Assembly: GCA_963665325.3 (NCBI GenBank) | Contig: OZ224045.1 | Span: 2,240,001-2,304,000 of the forward strand | Origin: Alphaproteobacteria bacterium | GTDB taxonomy: Bacteria; Pseudomonadota; Alphaproteobacteria; Bin95 | DNA length: 64,000 nt | Direction of reading: 5' to 3' | Part shown: in pieces, positions 32,607-42,463 of the stretch | Position numbering within the stretch: the stretch's first letter is position 1 | Layout of the letters: each line of letters opens with the position of its first letter | The notes under the pieces: generated by a model | Told to the model about the DNA's origin: nothing | Databases searched by the model: none | What the model saw: the letters and a program-made list of their open reading frames with translations, nothing else | Program-made: the position numbers and the translations under genes

Positions 32607-32730
32607 ACGGCGCGCGGGCGCGCCGGATGCAGGCAGAAACGGGATGGGGCATACGGAACGGCGCTGGCGGGCAAGGCTCCCGGATATCGCATCTGGAGAT
32701 CGAAGCCGGCGCATGTCAGGCTCTACAGCC

Positions 32731-33543
32731 ATGACCTTCGTATCCAACGCCCGCATGTATGCCGTCAGCGCCGCGGCCGAGGCGGAGTGGAAGGACCTGA
32801 TCGCCCATGTGGCGGAGGACGCCGGGGCGTCTTTCGATTACCTGGCCTACAAGGCGCCGCAGCCTCTCGAAGACCTGTGGCGCCGTCCCGATCTCGGCTG
32901 CGTGCAGATGTGCGGCTACCCCATCGCGCTCGGCGTCGCCGAGGTCGTGCCGCTGGCGTCGCCCGTGCCCGCCGCGCCCTGGGCCGCGGGAAGGGCGGTT
33001 TACCGGAGCGACCTGATCGTTCGGAAGGATGCGCCTTACGAGGCTCTCGCCGACACGTTCGGCGGCGCGGTCGGCTGGACCGTCGAGCACTCGCATTCGG
33101 GCTTCAATGCGCTGCGCCATCATCTCCTGCCCTGGCGGGGCGAGGGCCGGACGCAGCTTTACCGGAACTCCGTCGGCCATCTCGTCACGGCGCGGCGCAT
33201 TCTCGACAGCGTGCTGGACGGCAGCATCGATATCGGGCCGCTGGACGCCTACTGGCACATGCTGATGCGGAAACACGAACCTGCACTCGCGGAGGGCGTC
33301 CGCATTCTGGTCTCGACCGCGACCGCGCCGATGCCGGCCTTCGTCGCCGCGCCGGCCTTGCCGGAGGAAACCGTCCGCCGCCTGCGCGAAGCCTTTGCGG
33401 CGGCGCATACGCGGTCCTGGTTCGAGCGGTTCCGCGACACGCTGCTCATCGAGGGATTCGAGATGGTCTCGCGGGAGACGTTCGCTCCGACCCTGGAATG
33501 GGACCGGGCAGCCCGCGCCGCGGGCTATGCCGTGCCGGCGTGA
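32731..33543 (+). CDS. PhnD/SsuA-type solute-binding-fold protein
   Basis: MCGYP, YRSDLIVR, HSHSGFNAL, DIGPLDAY, PMPAFVA; no evident signal peptide. Confidence 0.75.
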   Translation: MTFVSNARMYAVSAAAEAEWKDLIAHVAEDAGASFDYLAYKAPQPLEDLWRRPDLGCVQMCGYPIALGVAEVVPLASPVPAAPWAAGRAVYRSDLIVRKDAPYEALADTFGGAVGWTVEHSHSGFNALRHHLLPWRGEGRTQLYRNSVGHLVTARRILDSVLDGSIDIGPLDAYWHMLMRKHEPALAEGVRILVSTATAPMPAFVAAPALPEETVRRLREAFAAAHTRSWFERFRDTLLIEGFEMVSRETFAPTLEWDRAARAAGYAVPA

Positions 33544-35216
33544 TGGCTGAAACCGGCGTGAGCTACGATTTCGATCTCGGGCCCTGGAAGCGCAGGGTTT
33601 CGACGAAGTCGGACGCGGCCCAACGCTGGTTCGACCGCGGGCTGAACTGGAACTTCGCCTTCAACCACGATGAGGCGGTCGCCTGCTACAGGCGGGCGGC
33701 GGAGGCGGACCCTTCCTGCGCCATGGCCCGGTGGGGGATCGCCAATGCGTCGGGCCCCTTCTACAACCGGGCGTGGATCCGCTACTCGGACGCTGAAATC
33801 GCCGAGGTGCTGCCGGCCTGCCATGAGGCGGTCGAAGTCGCGCTGGCGCTTGCCGGGGGCGCGGCGCCGGCCGAACGGACGCTCATCCAGGCCCTGGCGA
33901 GGCGCTACCGGAACGGCCACGAGAGGGACCGTGAGGTCCTGGACGCCTGGCACCGGGACTATGCCGATGCGATGCGCGAAGCCTGCCGGGCGCATCCGGA
34001 CGACCCGGACATCGCCGCCCTCTATGTCGAGGCCGCGATCACCTGCACGCCGCGCAGGCTCTGGAACCTGAAGACCGGGGACCCCGACCCCGACGCGCGC
34101 ACGATGGAGGCGATGCCGGTGCTGGAACGCTGGATGGACCGGATCGGGCAGGGCGGCCCGGTGCATCCGGGCATTCCGCACATGTATATCCACACCTTGG
34201 AAATGTCGCCGTTTCCGCAGCGCGCCTTGAAGGCCGCCGACATGTTGCGCGGTTACGCCCCTGATGCGGGCCACATGGAGCACATGCCGGCGCATATCTA
34301 TGTGCTCTGCGGTGACTATGCGCAGTCCGTCTCGCAAAGCGAACGCGCGGTCTCTGCCGACGACAAATATCTGGAATATGCCGGTGACGGGAACTTCTAC
34401 ACCACCGCCCGTTGCCACGACCTTCACCTGTTCATGTATGCGGCCATGTTCCTCGGCCAATACGGCAGGGCCTGCCACGCGGCGGAGCGGATTCGCAGGG
34501 TGGCGAGGCCCGCGCTGATTGCCCGGAGCGCGCCCTTCATGGCGTCCATCCTGGACGGCTATGCCGGCATGTGCATGCATGTCGCGGTGCGCTTCGGCCG
34601 CTGGCGCGAGCTTGCCGATGCGAGCGGCCCGGACGACGCGTCGCTGCGTCCCATCGGCACTGCCATGCATGCCTACGGGCAGGGCGTGGCGCACGCCGCG
34701 CTCGGCAATATCGACGAGGCGGAGGCGGCCAGATTGGCGTTCGCCAAGGCGGCGGCGGCCATTCCCGAGGATGCGATCTTCCTCAGCAACACGGTCCGCG
34801 ACATGCTCCGCGTGGGCGAGGCCATGCTGGAGGGCGAGCTGGAATACCGGAAGGGGAACCATGACCGCGCCTTCGCCGGCCTGCGGCTGGCGGTCGCGCG
34901 CGACGACGCGCTCAACTACACCGAGCCCTGGGCCTGGATGCATCCGCCGCGCCATGCGCTCGGCGCGCTGCTGGCCGAGCAGGGCCTGTTCCGGGAAGCC
35001 GAGGAGGTGTTCCGCGAAGACCTCGGCTACGGCGGGGACCTGCCGCGCTGCTGCCAGCATCCCGACAATGTCTGGGCGCTGCAGGGACTTGCCGAATGCG
35101 TGGAGCAGGCCGGCGATGCCAACGAACTCCGGCTGCTGCGCCAGAGGCTGGATTTCGCGAAGGCGCGCGCCGACATCCCGATAGAAAGCGCCTGCTTCTG
35201 CCGCGCTGCTGCGTAG
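33543..35216 (+). CDS. TPR-containing protein of unknown function
   Basis: TGATG coupling; AQRWFDRGL...FNHDEA, HMYIH, HMEHMPAHIY, EPWAWMHPPRHALG, HPDNVWAL. Confidence 0.85.
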   Translation: MAETGVSYDFDLGPWKRRVSTKSDAAQRWFDRGLNWNFAFNHDEAVACYRRAAEADPSCAMARWGIANASGPFYNRAWIRYSDAEIAEVLPACHEAVEVALALAGGAAPAERTLIQALARRYRNGHERDREVLDAWHRDYADAMREACRAHPDDPDIAALYVEAAITCTPRRLWNLKTGDPDPDARTMEAMPVLERWMDRIGQGGPVHPGIPHMYIHTLEMSPFPQRALKAADMLRGYAPDAGHMEHMPAHIYVLCGDYAQSVSQSERAVSADDKYLEYAGDGNFYTTARCHDLHLFMYAAMFLGQYGRACHAAERIRRVARPALIARSAPFMASILDGYAGMCMHVAVRFGRWRELADASGPDDASLRPIGTAMHAYGQGVAHAALGNIDEAEAARLAFAKAAAAIPEDAIFLSNTVRDMLRVGEAMLEGELEYRKGNHDRAFAGLRLAVARDDALNYTEPWAWMHPPRHALGALLAEQGLFREAEEVFREDLGYGGDLPRCCQHPDNVWALQGLAECVEQAGDANELRLLRQRLDFAKARADIPIESACFCRAAA

Positions 35217-35222
35217 CGCGAA

Positions 35223-35933
35223 TCAGACTTCCAGGCCGAAGAGCTCCGTCACCTCCGCCGCCATCGCCTCCACCATCGCCGCAAGCGCGGCCTCGCCCTT
35301 CCGGGCCGTCGCACGGGTGGGGCGGCCGACGGTGCCGGAGCGGCTGTAGGCGGCGAGGCCTCTGACGGCGAGCAGGGGGCGTTCGGCGAGTTCGTCGGCG
35401 GCCTCTTCCATGCGGACAAGCTGCGGGCAGCAGTGGAGCAGGACGGAGGTCTCGTATTCGCCGGCATGCATGTCGTCATGCACGCTCGTCTTGATGCCGG
35501 CGGCGGCGAAGGCGGCCTCCTGGATATGCCGGCCGGGGCCGAGCCAGACGCGCGGCGCTTCCAGATTGGCTTCGCGCGCCAGATGCGCCAGCACCAGGTT
35601 GCCGCCATGCGCGTTGACGATGGCGAGCCGCTCGATGCCGGCATGCGCGAGGCTCGCGCGGATGTCCGCGATAACGGCCGCCAGCGTGTCCGCCGCCAGC
35701 CAGACCGTGCCGGGAAAGCCCGCATGCTCCTGCGAGCAGGAAACGGGCAGCACCGGCAGCAGCAGCCCGCCGACCCTCTCGGCCAGCCCGGCGGCGAGCG
35801 CGCCCGCGATCAGGCTGTCGGTCGCGAGCGGTAGGTGGGGCCCATGCTGCTCGAACGCTCCCACCGGCAGCACGGCGAGCGCCGGCTCGCCGACATCGGC
35901 GGCGGTGCGGGCGAGGAAGGCTTCCGGTAGCAT
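35223..35933 (-). CDS. Creatininase family amidohydrolase
   Basis: LPVGAFEQHGPHLPLATD, EH.GFPGT, VNAHGGN, HAGEYETS. Confidence 0.9.
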   Translation of the reverse strand: MLPEAFLARTAADVGEPALAVLPVGAFEQHGPHLPLATDSLIAGALAAGLAERVGGLLLPVLPVSCSQEHAGFPGTVWLAADTLAAVIADIRASLAHAGIERLAIVNAHGGNLVLAHLAREANLEAPRVWLGPGRHIQEAAFAAAGIKTSVHDDMHAGEYETSVLLHCCPQLVRMEEAADELAERPLLAVRGLAAYSRSGTVGRPTRATARKGEAALAAMVEAMAAEVTELFGLEV

Positions 35934-35963
35934 GGCCGCCATCCTATCAGGAGGCGGCAAGCG

Positions 35964-36911
35964 ATGCTTCTGCCGACATCCACGCTCTTCGAAAGCGGCC
36001 CGCTCGATCTCGAGCGCGGCGGGCGGCTGGAGCGGCTCGCCGTCGCCTATGAGAGTTGGGGGCGCCTCGACGCGGACGGCGGCAACGCCATCCTGGTCGC
36101 CCACGGCTACACCTCGAACCCGCATGCCGCCGGCCCCGGCGGCTGGTGGGAGCCGCTGATCGGGCCGGGCCGGGCGATCGATACTGATCGCTGGTTCGTC
36201 GTCTGCTCGAACATGATCGGCTCCGCTTACGGCAGCAGCGGCCCGGTGCGCGGCCAGCCGTTCCCGGATATCGAGACGGGCGACATGGTGGCGGCCCAGC
36301 ACCGCCTGCTGGAGCATCTGGGCGTGGGACAGTTGGCGGCGGTGGTCGGCTTTTCCTATGGCGGCCACCTCACCTTCGAATGGGGCAGCCGGCACCCGGA
36401 GCGGATGCGCGCGCTTGTGCCGGTCGCGACGGGCATTGCGAGCCGCATGGGAGAGGAGCGCGCGCTGGCGCTGGAGGCGCGCTTCGCCGGCCTCGACGAT
36501 CCGACGGAGGAGCTGGAACGGCTACGGTTCGAGACGCTGGAACGATACGGGGATCTCGACTGGTTCTCCGACCGGCTCGGCTCCCGCGAGGCGGGCCGGC
36601 GGGAGGTGGAGGCGCTGGCGCGGAAATGGGCGCGGGAGTTCACGCCGGAATCGCTGATCGTGCTGGCGCGCGCGGCCGCCCGCTTCGATGCGCGCCCGCG
36701 CGCCGGCGCCATTCGTGCGCCGCTGCTCTATGTGCTTTCGCGCAGCGACGTGCTGTTCACACCGGCGCTGGCCGAGCCCACGCTGGCCCTGCTGGGGCCG
36801 TCGGCCTCATATTTCGAGATCGACAGCCCCTACGGCCATCGCGCCCCGAGCCATGACTGGGCGAGGTGGGCGACGCCGCTGGCGGAATTCCTGGCGGCTC
36901 ATGCGGGCTGA
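35964..36911 (+). CDS. Homoserine O-acyltransferase-like alpha/beta hydrolase
   Basis: AYESWGRL...NAILVAHG, GWW..LIGPG.AIDTDR.FVVCSN, GFSYGG, IDSPYGH. Confidence 0.8.
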   Translation: MLLPTSTLFESGPLDLERGGRLERLAVAYESWGRLDADGGNAILVAHGYTSNPHAAGPGGWWEPLIGPGRAIDTDRWFVVCSNMIGSAYGSSGPVRGQPFPDIETGDMVAAQHRLLEHLGVGQLAAVVGFSYGGHLTFEWGSRHPERMRALVPVATGIASRMGEERALALEARFAGLDDPTEELERLRFETLERYGDLDWFSDRLGSREAGRREVEALARKWAREFTPESLIVLARAAARFDARPRAGAIRAPLLYVLSRSDVLFTPALAEPTLALLGPSASYFEIDSPYGHRAPSHDWARWATPLAEFLAAHAG

Positions 36912-36917
36912 GAGTGC

Positions 36918-37682
36918 GTGGCGGACATGAAACCCGACTACGAACGCATTGCCGGGGACTACCGCAAGGCCCGGCCGCAATATCCGGAGCGGCTGGTCGC
37001 CATGATCGCGGACTGGGCGCCCGCCGGGCCGATCGAGGCGCTGGATGTAGGCGCCGGCACCGGCATCGGCACGCGCGCACTGGCCGGCGTTCTGGGTCCC
37101 CGCGCCTCCATTCTGGCCATCGAGCCGAGCCCGGCCATGCGGCGGGAGGCGGAGGCTGCACAGGGAATAAGCTGGCGCGACGGCAATGCCGAGGCGCTGC
37201 CTTCGGCCGACGGGACGGTCGATCTCGTGTTCTCGGCGCAGGCGCTCCACTGGTTCGACCGGCCGGCCTTCTGGCGGGAATGCGGGCGGGTGCTGAAGCC
37301 CGGCGGCGCCACCGCCATCCTCTACAACAACCGAGACTACCGGCGGGACGCCTTCGCCGCCGGATACGAAGTGCTGCTCGAACGCTACAGTCAGGGCTAC
37401 CGGCGGGATTACCGCGAATTCGACATCCGGGGCGAACTCGGCGCGCTCGGCTGGACTGCCCGCACGCATGAGGAAAGCGAGGCCTGGCGGCGGCCCATGC
37501 GCCCGGAGGCCTTCATGGCGATGTCCCGCTCGTCGTCGCGGGCGCAGGCCGCGCGGGAGGCCGCCGGCGCCGAGACCTTCGACCGCGAGGTCGAGGCGCT
37601 GGTGGACCGGCACGCGGACGCAAACGGCTTTGTCGAGATCGTCTATCGCTGCGTGCTGACGCTTGCCGCAAAGCGGCCCTGA
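36918..37682 (+). CDS. Class I SAM-dependent methyltransferase
   Basis: LDVGAGTG, AIEPS, AQALHWFD, RVLKPGG. Confidence 0.9.
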   Translation: MADMKPDYERIAGDYRKARPQYPERLVAMIADWAPAGPIEALDVGAGTGIGTRALAGVLGPRASILAIEPSPAMRREAEAAQGISWRDGNAEALPSADGTVDLVFSAQALHWFDRPAFWRECGRVLKPGGATAILYNNRDYRRDAFAAGYEVLLERYSQGYRRDYREFDIRGELGALGWTARTHEESEAWRRPMRPEAFMAMSRSSSRAQAAREAAGAETFDREVEALVDRHADANGFVEIVYRCVLTLAAKRP

Positions 37683-38530
37683 TCGATGCCGCGCAGGAAC
37701 TCGTCCAGCGCGGCGACACATTCGGGCTCGGTCAGGGTGGGGGCGTGGCCCGTGCGCGGCACGGTCACAAAACGCGCTTCGGGATATTCCCGGCCCATCC
37801 GCAGGAAGCACGCCTCGGGAAACACATCCGAGGCCTCGCCCCGGAACGCGAGCAGAGGGATCGGGCGCAGTCCGCGGAAATAGGGCCAGAGGTCCGGGGG
37901 CTCGGCCCGGTCTTCGGTAATCGGCCTGACGATATTCACGTCCCAGTCGAAGTGGAGCCGTCCGTCCGCGCCCTCCCGATAGGTATTGCTGACCATGGCC
38001 TCGAACATCGCCTCGGTCTGGAATACGGCGCCGGGCGGGTGCGTGCGGACCGCCTCCGCCGCGCTCTCCCAGTTGGGCTGCGGGCGGTCGGCGCCGATAT
38101 AGTCGAGCACGGCGTCCAGCCTCTCCCGCTCGACCTCCGGGCCTGCGTCGTTGAGCACCAGGCCCGCAAGACCAAACGGCATGAACGGCCCGAGCGCCAT
38201 CGCCAGCAAGCCGCCGAAGGAGGTCCCGACGGCGACGAACCGATGGACGTTGGCGAAGGCCAGCAGACGGGACAGGTCGTCGAGATAGATAGCAGGCCGG
38301 TAGTTGCGCCACTCGGCATCGTAGTCCGACCGTCCCCGCCCGCGCAGGTCCGGGCACAAAACCCGCCGCTCTTCCGCGAGTCTCTGCGCGACCGGATCGA
38401 AGTCGCGGGCGTTTCGGAACAGCCCGGCAAGGCAGAGCACGGGCGTTGCGACCGAGTCCGGGTCGCCATAGTCGCGGAAATAGAGGCTGAGACCGTCCTT
38501 GCTGTCGAAGCGGCGCTCCCGATACGCCAT
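37643..38530 (-). CDS. Alpha/beta hydrolase
   Basis: DGLSLYFRDYG, DLRGRGRS, GTSFGG, LNDAGP, GHAP. Confidence 0.88.
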   Translation of the reverse strand: MAYRERRFDSKDGLSLYFRDYGDPDSVATPVLCLAGLFRNARDFDPVAQRLAEERRVLCPDLRGRGRSDYDAEWRNYRPAIYLDDLSRLLAFANVHRFVAVGTSFGGLLAMALGPFMPFGLAGLVLNDAGPEVERERLDAVLDYIGADRPQPNWESAAEAVRTHPPGAVFQTEAMFEAMVSNTYREGADGRLHFDWDVNIVRPITEDRAEPPDLWPYFRGLRPIPLLAFRGEASDVFPEACFLRMGREYPEARFVTVPRTGHAPTLTEPECVAALDEFLRGIDQGRFAASVSTQR

Positions 38531-38536
38531 CGGCGC

Positions 38537-39124
38537 CTACAGCACCGTCACCGTCCAGCCGGCGGCCGTGCGGTCGAAGCGGAGTGGCAGGGCGTTGGGC
38601 GCGAACTCGTCGCGGAATGCGACGCCGAGGGCGGCCATGATGACACGCAGATTGCCGCCATGCGCCACGATGCAGGGAATGCCTGCGCCTTGCAGGGCAG
38701 TGGCGGCGGCGGATTTGGTGCGCGCCACGAAATCCGGCAGGGTCTCGCCGCCGGCCGGCTGCGCGCGCCAGTCGAGCTGCAGCGCACTCTGGCCGACGAG
38801 CTCGCCGAACAGCCGTTCCCCGAGCCGGGGCGTGGCGTTCATCGGCACGGCCAGTCGGCGGGTAACGGCCTGCGCGGTCTCGTAGGCGCGCGGATAACTG
38901 CTGGCCTCGATGCGCGTAATGTCTCCGGCGTCTGCCAGCCTCTCCGCGGCCCGCTCAGCCTGCGCTCGACCGGCGTGGTTCAGCGGTATGACCGGGCTTT
39001 GCACGATGAATGTGGCGTTGCCGGCAGTCTCACCGTGGCGAAGGAAGTAGAACCGCCGCGCCCCGGGCCGAAGCGCCGGCGGCGCGGCGGAAAGAGCTAT
39101 CAGCTCTTCGCCGCCCCTTATCAT
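38537..39124 (-). CDS. Histidine phosphatase family protein (start uncertain)
   Basis: FLRHGET, SS..RAYETA, E..FGE, VAHGG. Confidence 0.85.
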   Translation of the reverse strand: MIRGGEELIALSAAPPALRPGARRFYFLRHGETAGNATFIVQSPVIPLNHAGRAQAERAAERLADAGDITRIEASSYPRAYETAQAVTRRLAVPMNATPRLGERLFGELVGQSALQLDWRAQPAGGETLPDFVARTKSAAATALQGAGIPCIVAHGGNLRVIMAALGVAFRDEFAPNALPLRFDRTAAGWTVTVL

Positions 39125-39134
39125 CGCAGCCGCA

Positions 39135-40343
39135 TCAAAGCGCGCCGGCCTGCTTGAGGTCCGCCACCTCCGAGGGCGGCATGTCGAGCAGCTCGCCCAG
39201 CACCGCCTCGTTGTGCTCGCCGAGCAGCGGCGCCCGCGCCACGTCCATTGCCTCGCCGCCGAAGCGTACCGGCCAGGCCGGCACCACCACCGCGCCCCGG
39301 TCCGGATGCTCGACGGTCTGCATGATGCCTCGCCGGTGCATGTCCTCGCTGGAGATCAGGTCCTTGATGTCGAACACCGCGCCTGCGGGCACGCCCGCGC
39401 CGCCAATGGCCTCCATCACCTCCTGCTTGGTGCGCAGGCGTGTCCAGGCGGCGAGATTTTCCTCGATCTCGGCCTTGTGCTCGATGCGCTTTTGCCCGTC
39501 GCAGAAGCGTGGGTCCGCCAGCATGTCTTCGCGCCCGATGGCCTTGCAGACGCGCTCCCAATGGGCGGTCAGGTCGCGGGCGACGAAGATGAAGCAATAG
39601 TCGTTCGGCCCGCCGCCCTTGCAAGGAAACAGCCCGCCCGGCGCGCCCGAAGCCACGGAATTGCCAAGGCGCGGCGCCGGTTCCTGCATCATCGGCTGGC
39701 GCGAGAAGGTAACGCGGCAATAGTTCGTCATCGCGTCCTGCATCGCGACCTGGAGATGCTGGCCGTGACCCGTGCGCTCGCGCTGGAAGAGCGCGGAGAG
39801 GATCGAGACGCACATGTGCAGGCCCGTGCCCGTGTCGCCGATGGTGGCGCCGGGGCGGATTGGTACGCCGTCCGGCATGCCCGTGATGCTCATCACGCCG
39901 CCGGTGGCCTGGGCGATCATGTCGAAGGAGAGGTATTTGGCGTAGGGGCCGTCGGTGGCGAAGCCCTTGACCTGCGCGAAGACGAGGCGCGGATTGAGTT
40001 TCTGTAGTTCGTCCCAGCCGAAGCCCAGCCGCTCGATGGCGCCGGGCGCGAAATTCTCGATCAGCACATCCGCCTTGGCGATCAGGCGGCGCAGCAGTTC
40101 CTTGCCGCTCTCCTCCTTGAGGTTGCAGGTGATCGAGCGCTTGTTACAGTTGAGCAGGATGAAATAGAGCGAATCCATGTCCGGCCGCTCGGAAATGGCG
40201 AGCCGACCCTGGTCGCCGCGCCGGGGCTCCTCGACCTTGATGACATTGGCGCCGTGCCAAGCCAGCGCCTCCGTGCAGGACGGCCCGGCTTCGAATTGGG
40301 TCAGGTCGAGAACGGTAATGCCCGACAGCGGCGCATCGCCCAT
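39135..40343 (-). CDS. Family III CoA transferase (formyl-CoA transferase-like)
   Basis: LDLTQFEAGPSCT, NCNKRS, DVLIENF.PG, GDTGTG, APLLGEHN. Confidence 0.9.
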   Translation of the reverse strand: MGDAPLSGITVLDLTQFEAGPSCTEALAWHGANVIKVEEPRRGDQGRLAISERPDMDSLYFILLNCNKRSITCNLKEESGKELLRRLIAKADVLIENFAPGAIERLGFGWDELQKLNPRLVFAQVKGFATDGPYAKYLSFDMIAQATGGVMSITGMPDGVPIRPGATIGDTGTGLHMCVSILSALFQRERTGHGQHLQVAMQDAMTNYCRVTFSRQPMMQEPAPRLGNSVASGAPGGLFPCKGGGPNDYCFIFVARDLTAHWERVCKAIGREDMLADPRFCDGQKRIEHKAEIEENLAAWTRLRTKQEVMEAIGGAGVPAGAVFDIKDLISSEDMHRRGIMQTVEHPDRGAVVVPAWPVRFGGEAMDVARAPLLGEHNEAVLGELLDMPPSEVADLKQAGAL

Positions 40344-40370
40344 CTGTTTCCTCCTTGCTATGCTTGCCGG

Positions 40371-41711
40371 ATGATACATCAAGCCATTCGGAATGTTCTA
40401 CTGACCGGGCTCGACCCGGTCTTCCCGACGCCCTACCGCATCGGCGAAGCAGGCGCTGTCGCCATTGCTGCCTCCGCGCAGGCCGCCGCCGATTTCTGGG
40501 AGCTGCGCACGGGTGAGCGCCAGTCGGTGACGGTGGACCGCCGCCATGCGGCCGCGGCCATGCGCTCCGCCACCTATCTGAAGATAGACGGCGTTGCGCC
40601 ATCCTCGCTGTGGGACCCATTCTCGGGCCTTTACCCGACCGGCGACGGGCGCCATGTCTTCCTGCATTGCAACTTCCCCCACCACCGCAACGGCATGCTG
40701 GCGCTGCTCGGCGCGAAGGCGGAAAAGGAGGCGTTCGCGGAAGCGGTCGCGGCGCGCGGCGGGCAGGAGTTCGAGGACGCCATCGCCGCCGCCGGCCTCT
40801 GCGGCGCGATGACGCGCACGCCCGAGGAATGGGCCGCTCACCCGCACGGCCGGGCGCTTGCGGCGCTGCCGCCGGTCACGATCGAACGGATCGGCGACGG
40901 TCCGAAGATCGTGCCGCGCGGCGGCGACCGGCCGCTCGCGGGCATTCGCGTGCTGGACCTGACGCGTGTGCTGGCCGGGCCGACCTGCGGGCGCACGCTC
41001 GCCGAGCACGGCGCCGATGTAATGCGCATTGCCGGGGCCCATCTGCCTTTCGCGCCCACGCTCGTGATGGACACGGGCCACGGCAAGCTCTCCGCCTTCG
41101 TCGATCTGCGCGACGAGCGCGGCCGGGCGCAGCTTCGCACACTTGCTGCCGAGGCCGACGTGTTCGTGCAGGGCTACCGGCCGGGCACGCTCGCCGCGCG
41201 CGGCTTCGGCCCCGGCGATATCGGCCCCGGCAAGGTCTACGTCTCGCTGTCGGCCTACGGCCATGAAGGGCCGTTCGCCTCGCGCCGGGGGTTCGACAGC
41301 ATCCTGCAGAACGTCTCCGGCATGTCCACGGTGCAGGGTAGCCCGGAGGCCCCGCGCAACCTTCCCGTGCAGCCGCTGGACTATTGCGCCGGCTACCTGG
41401 CCGCATGGGGCGTCGCGACGGCCCTGCTGCGCCGTGCGGAAGAGGGCGGAAGCTGGCATGTGCAGCTCTCGCTCGCCGGCATGGCGGAATGGATCAAGGG
41501 CATGGGGCTCGTCGTAGGCTGGCAGGATGCGCCGGCGGACCTGGCGCCGGAGGAACTCGCGGCGATCGCGATGGAGAGCGACACCCCGCACGGCCGCCTG
41601 ACGCATCTGGCGCCGGTCGCGCAGATGTCCCGCACGCGGCCTTACTGGGCGCGGCCTTCCGTGCCGCTCGGCTCCAACGATCCCGTTTGGCCGGAGACGC
41701 TCGCCGCATGA
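40371..41711 (+). CDS. Family III CoA transferase (CaiB/BaiF)
   Basis: PLAGIRVLDLTRVLAGP, DTGHGK, ADVFVQGYRPG, RRGFDS. Confidence 0.88.
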   Translation: MIHQAIRNVLLTGLDPVFPTPYRIGEAGAVAIAASAQAAADFWELRTGERQSVTVDRRHAAAAMRSATYLKIDGVAPSSLWDPFSGLYPTGDGRHVFLHCNFPHHRNGMLALLGAKAEKEAFAEAVAARGGQEFEDAIAAAGLCGAMTRTPEEWAAHPHGRALAALPPVTIERIGDGPKIVPRGGDRPLAGIRVLDLTRVLAGPTCGRTLAEHGADVMRIAGAHLPFAPTLVMDTGHGKLSAFVDLRDERGRAQLRTLAAEADVFVQGYRPGTLAARGFGPGDIGPGKVYVSLSAYGHEGPFASRRGFDSILQNVSGMSTVQGSPEAPRNLPVQPLDYCAGYLAAWGVATALLRRAEEGGSWHVQLSLAGMAEWIKGMGLVVGWQDAPADLAPEELAAIAMESDTPHGRLTHLAPVAQMSRTRPYWARPSVPLGSNDPVWPETLAA

Positions 41712-42463
41712 GCCGCCTTTGCCGCGGCCCCGGCGCCGCGATCCACTATGAGACGCACGGGCACGGGCCAGCCGTGCTGCTGACCCACGGCTTCGGGCTG
41801 ACCGCGCGCATGTGGACAGGCCAGGTCGAGGCGCTTGCGGCTTCCAACCGGCTCATCCTCTGGGACCTGCGCGGGCACGGCCGCAGCGACTCGCCTGAGG
41901 ACAACGGCCTGTACGACCCCGAAGCCTGTGTCGCCGACATGCTGGCGCTTTTCGATGCAGAGGGAGTTGAGCAGGCGGTCGTTGGCGGCCTCTCGCTCGG
42001 CGGCTATCTCTCGCTGGCCTTCCACCTCCGCCACCCCGAGCGGGTGCGCGCGCTGATGCTGTTCGACTGCGGCCCTGGCTTCCGCCGCGACGAGCCGCGC
42101 GACGCTTGGAACGAGCGGGCGAAGGAGCGAGGCGAGCGGATCGCCGCCCGGGAACCGCGCGCCTTGCAGAGCCTTGAGCCGGACGGTCACCGCGACCTCG
42201 CCGGCGTCGCCCGCGCGGCTCGATACATGATGCACCACCATGACGGCAGCGTGCTGGAATCGCTGCCGTCGATCCGGGTGCCGGCCCTGGTGCTGGCCGG
42301 TGAGCGCGATATCCCCTTCCTGGCCGGCATCGACTACATGGCGCGCAAGATCCCGGACGCCCGGAAGGTTGTGCTCCCCGACGCCGGCCACATTACCAAT
42401 CTCGACAATCCCGCGGCATTCAACGCCGCAGTTTCCGGATTCCTCGCCCGACTGCCTGCATGA
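41708..42463 (+). CDS. Alpha/beta hydrolase
   Basis: LTHGFG, WDLRGHGRS, GLSLGG, GERD, AGH. Confidence 0.88.
   Translation: MSRLCRGPGAAIHYETHGHGPAVLLTHGFGLTARMWTGQVEALAASNRLILWDLRGHGRSDSPEDNGLYDPEACVADMLALFDAEGVEQAVVGGLSLGGYLSLAFHLRHPERVRALMLFDCGPGFRRDEPRDAWNERAKERGERIAAREPRALQSLEPDGHRDLAGVARAARYMMHHHDGSVLESLPSIRVPALVLAGERDIPFLAGIDYMARKIPDARKVVLPDAGHITNLDNPAAFNAAVSGFLARLPA

Noticed and set aside
35223-35933. Mycofactocin peptidase MftE
   Set aside because: No mftA/B/C neighbours; generic creatininase family.
37643-37682. 40-bp convergent overlap of methyltransferase and hydrolase
   Set aside because: Short tail-to-tail overlaps are common in GC-rich genomes.
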